A stretch of DNA of 63,329 bases, the filler included, from Perkinsus chesapeaki ATCC PRA-425 (taxonomy: Eukaryota > Protista > Perkinsozoa): assembly GCA_013115145.1 (NCBI GenBank). It is 8 parts of 8 records of this genome, joined end to end, with 100 filler letters (N's around TTAATTAATTAA, not from the genome) between each part and the next. Parts side by side here need not be neighbours in the genome. Positions count along the whole stretch, not along the records: positions 21,455 to 27,389 come from JAAPAO010001118.1; positions 27,490 to 49,982 come from JAAPAO010000578.1; 6 more parts are not named here. One strand, written 5' to 3'. The notes beneath the pieces were generated by a model that was given only the letters and a program-made list of their open reading frames with translations, had not been told where the DNA came from and did not search any database. The translations under genes were made by a program, and so were the position numbers. Each line of letters begins with the position of its first letter. Position 1 is the stretch's first letter. Shown here one piece after another: positions 25,198 to 34,465 of this stretch.

Positions 25198-27373
25198 CTA
25201 CCCTGCACAAGCCCTCGACGAAAGCCTCTTCATTTTGGCCCGCCCAACTGCCAGTTGCTTTTTCAGCGCGTATTCGACAGCCTTAGAATGACCCCCGATC
25301 GCCAACTTCTCCTCAATGGTGCGAGTCTGAAACGGCCAAGAAGTTGCCATTATGCAACCAAGCCGCTTCACCTCCTCCTCGAGTGCGGTAGCACCACCCT
25401 CTGCCATAGTGAGGTCATCTTTAGCTGGTTGAGGAGGTACTGTGCCGCAGCGCTTGCGCAAGCATGCTATAATAGCCGAAGATCCTTGGCGGATAACAGC
25501 CTGCCCACGACAAGACCCACGGTATATTATTGGCAAGTGTCGTTACCTGTGGAATGGATCGTATCGGGTTGCCATCGATGGTGAGAGTTTTCAAAGCCGT
25601 TGCCCGTCCAAGGGACGGAGGCAATTTATCAATACTGTTATTGGACAGCAGTAGAGCATTGAGACCTACGGGAGGGAGTCACGAGCAATGCGGCCCCTCC
25701 ACTAGCGCCTACTGGGCAAGCCAGTCGGGAGCAGCCATTCTGGGATATCGGCCAGGCGGTTGTCGGACAAGTCCAAGAGGCACAGTTCATCATGGGGTTG
25801 GATTGGTGGAGGCAAGAAGGTCCAACTCATGATGCTGCAGTTGTTTGCTCGGAGCTCCCTGAGCTTCGGACTGTTCGCCAAAAGATTCCTGGGCAGGTGC
25901 ACAAGGTTGCGGTTGCAGCTGAGATCGACCGACAGCAACTGTGGCAGGGAAATATCTTCCGATAAGATAGCGATGTTGTTATAGCTGATGTCGAGCTCTT
26001 GGAGGACCGAGAAATCCAGTCGGCCCACAGACTGGATGAGATTATGGCTCATCACCAAACAGACCAGAGTAGGGTCACTCCGTAGAGAGACAACCTCGGA
26101 TATGTTGTTGTTGCTCAAGTTCAAGCGAGTCAGCGATTCAGCCATACCGACCGCCTCCGGTAACGAGGGCCCTAGTTCATACCCGGACAAGTCAAGGCGG
26201 CCATTGCCAAGGACGGCAGTCCGAACTGCAGTGAGAACGGCTTTGTCGGCTTGTTCACTATCACCAGGGCATCCCTCTGGTTCCAGCCTTTCCCGGAGCA
26301 ACTTAAGAATGGCAGCGCTTCCTTGACGGAGCACGCTCATGGGGATATTGTGGATGGGATTGCCGTCCAATAGAATCCTCCTGAGAGAAGGGAGAAGACC
26401 GAGTTCACTGGGAACTTTCGAGATGTCGTTGTTGCGGAGGTCTAGGGTCGATAGGTCAACAAGCGTCGTCATGCTCTCTGGGATGTCGTCAATCTTGTTG
26501 TTATCGACAAGCAAAGTCATTAAGCCCGATGGCAGTGACTCACGGCTATTCTGCGTCCGTATCGAGTTGTACGACAAACACAGAGTGGCACATTTATGGC
26601 TGATTTTAGGCCAGCTGCTCAGCTTATTGTAGCCCACGTTCACGCTGACAAGGTCGCCGCAATTGCGCAGATCCGGTAGGTCTGTTATACGGTTGAAGGC
26701 TAGATCGAGCTCTTCGAGATGCCTAAGCTCCTGTATGCCTTCCACAGATACAAGCTCGTTGTTGCTGGCTGCTAAGATTTTAAGGCCGCATGGCAGTGAA
26801 GTCCGCAAATCGCTGAGGCGGTTGTGATCAATAGAAAGCGACTGCAAGTTGGGCAGAGACTGCGCGAAACCATCAGGTATCTCGCGCAGATTGTTGTGAG
26901 AAACCATCAGTTCCACAAGGGAGCTACACACAGATCGCGCTACAGGCAGCGCGACGATCGCGTTCCTTATCAAATGCAGTGACTTTAAATTTTCCAACTC
27001 TAGCAGACTAACGGGGACATCCTTGAGCTGGTTGTGATCAGCCTTGAATACCCGACAATCTGGCATGCATTGAGCGAGCTCGGAGGGGATAGCTTGGAGC
27101 AGATTCTCCGACAAGTCCACTTTTTCGACAGTGTGACACTCCCACCATTTAACGCCATCAAGAGTGACCGTATCCAAATGTAGGATTTCTTCAGGGACCT
27201 GAGAGGCCTCTCACAAGGCAGGACTAAGCAATAAAAGTTGGAACTCTCGGTGACCCTATCGCCTAGAGTATAAAAGTGTAGTAGCCAATCTATTTATCTG
27301 CCAATCACACTCAACCCACTGTTAAGATGTTCCGTTCATTCTCTTGACGCAACTCGTTGATGGATGCAGGCAT
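25198..27373 (-). CDS. Leucine-rich repeat protein, LRRC40-like (multi-exon; start uncertain)
   Basis: Many LxxLxLxxNxL repeats; KWWECHTVEKVDLSEN N-cap; two LDGNPI...GS.AI...LR.R caps. Confidence 0.82.
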
Positions 27374-27389
27374 AATGAATGAGTGAGTA

Positions 27390-27489
27390 NNNNNNNNNNN
27401 NNNNNNNNNNNNNNNNNNNNNNNNNNNNNNNNNTTAATTAATTAANNNNNNNNNNNNNNNNNNNNNNNNNNNNNNNNNNNNNNNNNNNN
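27390..27489. other. Assembly linker
   Basis: TTAATTAATTAA at 27434-27445. Confidence 0.98.
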
Positions 27490-27673
27490 ATGCTAGATCA
27501 CGTAATAACTCACGTCCACGAAGCTGCAGAGAGTAGTCGAGCGATTTGGTCGTACAAATTCCGTCCCAATCTTTTACGGTAACGAAATCGACTAAACGCT
27601 CGTCAATTTCAAGGATCTCAGCTAATTGCGCTTTAGTGAGCTTACCTGTGTCTGTCGAAGGCGTAGTTGGCAT
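27490..27673 (-). CDS. 5' fragment of an unknown protein, cut by contig end
   Basis: Open from ATG 27673 to the gap (MPTTPSTDTGKLTKAQLAEIL...). Confidence 0.3.
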
Positions 27674-27893
27674 GTGTAAGAGGAGGGTTGTGCAGCGGGT
27701 TCTCCACCAAAGATGTTAACACGACAATCCAAGTATGTTGGACATCGATTAAAAGGGCGTGCGCCCAGTGCAACAGTTCGGTGGCTTGGGTATCCTCCCA
27801 CTAAGCTTGAAAGCCGTAGACTTCCCTTTAGTAATTTAGTGGCGCATTTTGGAGATGTTCGCTGCTTCTTCTTCGTCATCATCCTCATCGTCG

Positions 27894-30105
27894 ATGGCAG
27901 CACAGCAGAAGGTGGAGAGAGCAGTTCCGTGGGTTGAGAAATAGTAAGGGGATCGTTGGCATGCGATCGACCTGGATAAATATCTTTCACTTTTAACCTC
28001 TGAAATATCTTTCATTCTCAACCTCTGAAATATCTTTTACTTCCAACCTCTGAAATATCTCTCAGGCGGAGTTGATAGTAGTTTGTATTTTGCCTCTTCT
28101 ACTTTTTTCCTAACAACTTCGACATTTCTTTTCAGTCGACCAGCTAAGGTGGGAGATTTGGCCCATCAGCCCGAAGTGGTCAACGCTCTAAAAGAATCCG
28201 TTGCGACTGGGAATGTAAGCCCCGAGAATTGAACCAAGGACCTTCGGATCGTCAGCCAGCTTTCCTTCCCAGTTGCCCCATTTACTCTTCTACGGCCCGC
28301 CTGGAAACGGCAAGACTTCGGCGATATTGGCGCTGGCTCGGGACATGTTCGGTCCGGATTTGTGGAGAGAGAGGGTCCTCGAGTTGAACGCCTCTGATGA
28401 GCGCGGGATCGACGTTATTCGAGATAAAGTTAAGAAGTTCGCGCAGGTAGGGACAGCTAGAGGTGTCGGTAAAAGGTTTTGTGAATGCAGATCAGCGTGC
28501 GAACGGTTGCGCCAGGAAGCGGAAGAAGCGTCCCGCCGTTCAAGATCATTGTTCTTGATGAAGCGGACTCTATGACGAAAGATGCTCAGGTAGAAAGGTA
28601 TTTTCGAGGTTGATTGGGATGCAGCTGTCAGGCGGCGCTAAGAAGGATCATTGAGAATTACACTCAAGTGACACGCTTTTGCATAATTTGTAATTACGTG
28701 TCGAGGTGAGGGGTGAATCAGAGGAGAAAGCGGTATGAGATTTAATGCAGGATAATTGAGCCGCTTCAATCAAGATGCGCTAAGTTCAGATTTGAACCAG
28801 TAAGCCGGTAACGGGGAGAGCTTGTTGATCATTTGCCGGCAGTCATTGCAGTAGATAACCAAACTTGTAGTGATTTGGGACTTTAATCTGAGTGTGTTTA
28901 GGTCACGTGTTTCGGTGGCGTAATATTTTTAATATAATAATAAGTTTTATAATAATTATATTAGGAACGGTTCGGATTTTTACGTCATATTGAAATGCTT
29001 GCGTCGAGCCTCCAACAGACTTCCCAGGGGTAGGGGGATTCGGACGAAGCTTGGCAGAATTACGAAATATCTCGCTATTAGTTTCCCTCTTTCAGTTGTC
29101 TGATGCATCACAGCAAGGTAGACTTGAGTACATTGCGAAGTGTGAAGGAGCTAAGCTCGGGGATGGCGCGATGAAGGCGTTGCTGGAGGTTTCCCATGGA
29201 GATCTGAGAATGGCTATAAATATCCTACAAATGGTAAGATACAAAGTAGCTCAGCTTTCGGACATTTTGATCGATTTCGCAGGTATCGTCGTGTTTGTCG
29301 GCTGATGAAGTTGGTGGAGTCGTCACCGTTCAAGACGTTCTCGAGGCCAGTGGGGTACGCGGCGGAGCGAAGCGTTTTGTGTTTACCTTTTTTGTTCTAG
29401 TCGGTCCCCGAAGAAGTATCGGCAAGGCTACTAAGCGGGTTGAGGGACCTGCCGACCGGCGGCAAGGATTCCTGGCAGAAGGTTGTGACTCTTTGTGATG
29501 AGCTGGTCCTCCGCGAAGGTTATAATTGTATGCAACTTGTCGAGCAATTGGAGAGGAGGATTGTGGCGGCGAAGGACGGCGAATTGACCGACTTGCAGAA
29601 GGTAATAACGAGGAAAAAAATACGCTCTGATTTTTTCGAAGCTTTTCTGGGAGAAATTTTTGAAAATTAAGAGTTGTTAGTTTTGTGTTGTTGGATCCGA
29701 TACATTGGGCGTCTTTATGGAACGTACACTCCGGAGGTTCGTTTGACTGTAGACTGTCCCGATCATTCTGTCTAGTATTACTAGGTTGATATATATCATT
29801 ATGACGACCTTTCCGTTCGCGATTGATGAGCTTCCACTTGCCCTTGTGTTTCTTCAAGACGTACCTTCCTCAGGCGAAAATGCTCCGTTGGCTGGGTGCG
29901 GAGGACTACAGGCTTCGATCGGGTTGTGATGAGAGAATAGGACTCTTGAATTTGGCTGTTCAGTTGAGAGATATACTATTACACCCGACGGCTGGAGGAT
30001 CCGGGCTGAGGCCGGAAGGTAATCTTGTAATCTTGGCAAATCTAGCATTTTCTCAACGGTGCGTCTCTTCTTCACTAGTTCGGCTGTACTTGACTCTGTA
30101 TAGAG
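27894..30105 (+). CDS. RFC4: Replication factor C small subunit (human RFC4 / yeast Rfc2), multi-exon; 3' end approximate
   Basis: [60 protein letters not shown]. Confidence 0.93.
27980..28065 (+). repeat. 25-bp minisatellite (~3.4 units) in RFC intron 1
   Basis: Units ATATCTTTCACTTTTAACCTCTGAA / ATATCTTTCATTCTCAACCTCTGAA / ATATCTTTTACTTCCAACCTCTGAA. Confidence 0.9.
28219..28260 (-). pseudogene. tRNA 3'-half-like relic filling RFC intron 2
   Basis: Reverse complement reads CTGACGATCCGAAGGTCCTTGGTTCAATTCTCGG (variable loop plus B-box-like); stems broken. Confidence 0.55.
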
Positions 30106-30299
30106 GGATGAAAGGATTTTATTTTCCCCGCAATTCCATAATTTTTCGATCTTTTCCAAAAATATTTTCTGTCAGTTCGCTTGTTGAGGTTGAAAGTATC
30201 TTTCCGTTTCAGATGCATATCTTTGCAGTTGAGGTCGAGCTCGGTCAAATGCATGATTCAATTACAAGGAGAGTTTCAAAGCGAATGTGGCGTTATTTT

Positions 30300-30335
30300 G
30301 CGGTGTGGGAATCGAACCAGGGACCTTCCGATGTC
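30300..30335 (-). pseudogene. tRNA 3'-half-like relic
   Basis: Reverse complement reads ATCGGAAGGTCCCTGGTTCGATTCCCACACCG; 21/24 identical to the 28219 relic. Confidence 0.55.
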
Positions 30336-30412
30336 TATTTTGCCGTTTGTGTTGGTATGAGATTTTTTCCGTTTTAGTATCAGTTTTTCTTCTTCCTCTT
30401 TTATCTGCATAA

Positions 30413-30985
30413 ATGACTCGCGGTAACCAGCGTGATAAGGATCGTCAAAGAGCCCTGCAAAGGAAGGAAAAGATGTCGAAGGGCGGCACTAGCCAAATTG
30501 AAGCGAATCAGAAGGCTTTGGGGGTCATTTGCACGGTAATAATGCCGGGCATGGGATTCGAACCGGCGCTTTGTTTCATTCGTCTGCAGCCTCCTGAGAT
30601 ACGGCCGAAGTTTTGGTTTACCTTGCGATTTGGATATAGTACTATAATTGTTAAATTTGGCAAGAAATATGTAACTTTTATTATTTCGCACATACCCTTC
30701 TTGTATGGCTCGTACGTTTGAAAATGAAATACAGGTAATGTTACGGTGCATTGAGCCGAGATATCTGCGTTGGAAATTAGGGACAGAGTTCGCAATAGAG
30801 AGATTGTACAGAATCATTCCCCGTGCTACTTTCCGGTAGAAAATTGGTTCCTCCTGTGTTAGGTTTGCCGACAGCAATTTATGGTTACTCAAAAGCGAAG
30901 CCAACTGGAGCAGCATATTCAGTCGAAGCACGACGGCAAGAAATCGTTTGAAGAGTGTTTCCCAGGGTGGCATGGGAAGAACTGA
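30413..30985 (+). CDS. SERF/4F5 plus C2H2 zinc finger small protein (ZNF706-like), 81 aa; exons 30413-30535 and 30863-30985
   Basis: MTRGNQRDKDRQRA...CTVCRQQFMVTQKRSQLEQHIQSKH...FEECFP. Confidence 0.9.
30543..30570 (-). pseudogene. tRNA T-arm/acceptor-like relic at the start of the SERF intron
   Basis: Reverse complement reads GCGCCGGTTCGAATCCCATGCCCGGCA, with a perfect GGTTCGAATCC B-box. Confidence 0.45.
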
Positions 30986-31012
30986 TCCTCGCCTGGCTCA
31001 CCACCTGGCCAC

Positions 31013-31780
31013 TTGTTGTTCAGGAGATATCGACTACACTGCAATTCTCTTTACCATTATATACTCGGGCTTGTGTTGGGGATGGTATCTTTTTCGGATG
31101 GAAAATCTTCAGAGTGCGCATTTTGCGTTGATCATTCATTTATAGCTTTTGTCAAGAATTTGCAGCAAGTGAACTTTCTTGAAGAGAAACCCGAAAATTT
31201 TCCAGGTGTCCGAGGAAATCTTTCTGGAAATTTTCCAGTTCGAGGAAATTTTCTGGGAAATTTTTCAGTTTTCCTTTTCAGGTAAATTTCTGTGATTATG
31301 TACCTACGTCACTTTCCGACTCTGCCGGAGTATCGACCATTGATGGCCTCGCTGATGGTGCCTATCATATTTGCTCTGTGGTTCACTTTCACGGATTTTA
31401 CGGGAAAAATAATGTAAGGATAATTTCGTGGCGCAGCGGTCATTTGATTTTAGGAGTTTTTGTGGAGCGGTGATGTATGCGTTTATTGAGTCTACTTATC
31501 TGACCTTTCATGAGGGTGAGTGGTATCTTAGGTTGAAGTGTGCAAGATGCATAAATGGTACATTGGTCAGGTCATTTCCATTCCTCATTTGCCCAATTCT
31601 GGTGCAATATATGGTATAATCCTATAGTAACCGAGGTCTATCGCCGACATGCCATACCAGCTCTGACGAATTTACTGGTGGAGAATTCCCAGTTCTTCCA
31701 GGCTCACTTCGGAGAGGATCCGCTTGTCTTGGTAATAATTAGGCTTCGTCCGACTCAAGGAAGGAAACCTTTCTAGGGTT
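31013..31780 (+). CDS. Hypothetical Cys-containing, possibly secreted protein (multi-exon, extent uncertain)
   Basis: Exon-like blocks ECAFCVDH, VNFCDYVP...HICS, SFCGAVM, FWCNIWY separated by GT-AG segments. Confidence 0.35.
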
Positions 31781-33067
31781 AAGACTCGGCTTAGGTGCTA
31801 GTCACGTTGGTCGGACTCGAGGTCCATGTTTGTGTTGTTTTTGTATTATACAGTATCCTTTATATTTATCTTGTTCCGTATCACGCTGTGGTTCTAGGAT
31901 TCGTGAAGTGTCCACTTTTGAGCCTCCGGCGGGGGTGTGGAGGAATGTTGAATATCTTCAGTAGGAATGTATTTAATCTTTCGCTTATAATAGATTTTGC
32001 GTGAAACATTTCTAAATATCTGAGGTCGAAGCGTGCAAGATGCAAAACAGGTTGATTGTCTGCTGTTTTCTCAGGCATCAGTTCTGGCCGTCTGCTTGAT
32101 GCCTCTCAATATCTGGTGTTTAGAGGTCGTTCAAGGCTACCTAATTATATTCCTCTACGGCAAGAATATCGCCTGGGACTACTCTTACAGTAATAATTAA
32201 CGGAGAGAGCGGTATGAGGAATATAAAGAGTGCAAGGGGGACAGAGTTGCACAATTCGGGACAACTGCACACAATACACTAATTGAGCATAAAAGCCTCT
32301 ATACCGTATCTTACATTTTTGAACCCGTTCAGTGTGAAATAGGAAATCGTATCTTTTTCTTCAGACTATTACGGTGAAAGGCTGTGCCCATGGTTCACTT
32401 GTAACAACGTTTCTTTCTAACAGTTTCGACTTGGCAAATTGCCCGGGCAGCACCAGGCAAGGCGGAATTATTTCCAATGATTCTGCCGATGACAAACGCA
32501 TTGGTCAAATAAAAAGAATTATAAGAATCTTGTCTTGCAAAATCATTAGTATTTTGCTTATATTTATAATTGGACGATTCGCTTTGGCGGTTTACTGGCA
32601 AAATTTAGCACGCATCCTCAGCGTCGTAACTTTCCAGTATATTCAAAATTGAGCTTGTGAGCAATCAGCAGAACATGTATAGTTGATTGCCGGTGTAAAA
32701 AGCGCTCGCCATTCTGATCGATTTGGTATTTTAGGCAAGTTTGCAGTGATGCACGGCAACTGCAACTTGACGATGTTCCCCGAATGGTTGGCGTTTGGTC
32801 TGATTCTGGAGAGAATCTATTGGCCTTTTATAGTGCCATTTTTTGAGGGAAGAGTTGTTGGGGTTGCCCAGCATGAATACGGCATTTGGTTCTGAAATCG
32901 ATCAGCTGGGCGAGCGCTAAATGCATGGAGATATTTGGTGAAGGATATATCTTCTTGATAGCACAGTATCTTGTTGATTGGAGGATGTATGGTGTTGATG
33001 GGGGAGTATCTTAGGTTGAAGGTGGTAAGATACAAGATAGGTCAAGTTGGTGGTGTTTTTCTCTTTA

Positions 33068-34198
33068 ATGGCGCATCCGTCCCTGGATATTGACCTGCTT
33101 CGAGGCCTTGCGGTGACTTCTTCCAGGAATTCGGATTCAACATCGAGTCGAGATATTTGGGCGACGGACGAGGCGCTTCTGGCGGGCACTGAGGTTCTTG
33201 ATCTCAATACTGCAGCTTGCGCAGCGGCAAGATTCTACTCGGACAAGGTTGACTACTGCGAGTGCATTTACGATCAAAGATTCGACCGGTTACGCACTGC
33301 GAAGGTTTTGAGCCCTCCAGAGTTTGCTAAAGCGTGGCTACGGGAAGGACCGGCGGTGGAGGTTCCGGGGTTTGGAGAGTGCTATCCTGTCGAACCGTTC
33401 GAGTTCGAGTTGGGCGAAATCTCGCGAGTGCGGTGCTGCTGGTGCCAAAAGAGTATCTTATGTTTGGTGCCGGGAAGCCTTCTTCGAGACCATGTCGAGT
33501 CCAACTTCTGCTTGCCGCGAGAATCTTGCTCCCGCACTCTGAAGGATTTAGGAGTCGTTGCTATCGAGGGCTACGTGGGCCTTCGAGGGTGGGAAGAAAG
33601 TGATTGCTCGGTTGCTGTTTTTGAAGCGATCGAACGAGCCTGGCCGGGCGACATGTCCCGAGGGTTGATAGGGCGCCTCGAGGCTGATCAGAAATGGAAC
33701 GATATGTCGGCTTATTGCGTGCGGTCTGTCCAGTTCCGTGATGATGATTCTGACCCAATTGCGCAGTTGGCTAATCGATGCTTCAGCGGTCGGCGTGAAA
33801 CTGCCGAGCAAAGTGAACGATGGGCGTCCCGGCGACTGCGAGAAGGTCTGGCTAAGCACAAGTCTGGCGGAGATCTGGAGGAAGCGCTCGTGTACTACGA
33901 TTCAGCTCTGGAGCTTGATCCCAACCACGCGGACGCTTTGGTGGCGAAAGGGGCGGCGCTGACGAGCCAGGGAAAGTACAACGAAGCTATTAAGTGTTTC
34001 GATAGAGCACTGAGGGTGCGGCCTGACCATGCGAATGCGGCTAAGTATAGAGATATCGCACAGAGAAGAATGGGAGCGGGAAGATCTTCAGTGTCGTCAT
34101 CGTCGAGGAGCAAGTCTGTTATTAGTATAAGTGATGATGATGAGGAAGAGAGAAGAAGACATAAGCATCATCATCATAAGAAGAAGAAAAGACGATAA
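33068..34198 (+). CDS. TPR protein, TTC14-like C-terminal TPRs, single exon
   Basis: ALVYYDSALELDPNHADALVAKGAAL...AIKCFDRALRVRPDHANA; basic His/Lys/Arg tail. Confidence 0.82.
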   Translation: MAHPSLDIDLLRGLAVTSSRNSDSTSSRDIWATDEALLAGTEVLDLNTAACAAARFYSDKVDYCECIYDQRFDRLRTAKVLSPPEFAKAWLREGPAVEVPGFGECYPVEPFEFELGEISRVRCCWCQKSILCLVPGSLLRDHVESNFCLPRESCSRTLKDLGVVAIEGYVGLRGWEESDCSVAVFEAIERAWPGDMSRGLIGRLEADQKWNDMSAYCVRSVQFRDDDSDPIAQLANRCFSGRRETAEQSERWASRRLREGLAKHKSGGDLEEALVYYDSALELDPNHADALVAKGAALTSQGKYNEAIKCFDRALRVRPDHANAAKYRDIAQRRMGAGRSSVSSSSRSKSVISISDDDEEERRRHKHHHHKKKKRR

Positions 34199-34465
34199 TT
34201 TGAGCTAGTTTGTATCTTCCATGCTTCAAGCTAAGATACTCTCTGTATTATTCTCGTAGGAATCACATCTGCCCGTTCACCGCTCTACCTCGTGGTGTAT
34301 TATTTTCATCGAACCTAACCCCCCTTTGTATCTTGCATGCTTCAAGCTAAGATGCCAGCACCGTACAATTTCTGTCCCCATTATTGTGTGTTAGTTGAAC
34401 CACTGCTGGAAATGAGAGCCCTTCTTGCGAAGTCGAATAGTTGACAGTTTTTGAATCTTCCTAAA

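Noticed and set aside
30228-30285. Ctf8-like peptide (MIQLQGEFQS) next to RFC
   Set aside because: No downstream Ctf8 motifs in any plausible exon; too short to support.
28219-30570. Functional tRNA genes
   Set aside because: No D-arm/A-box or acceptor-stem pairing; T and anticodon stems are broken.
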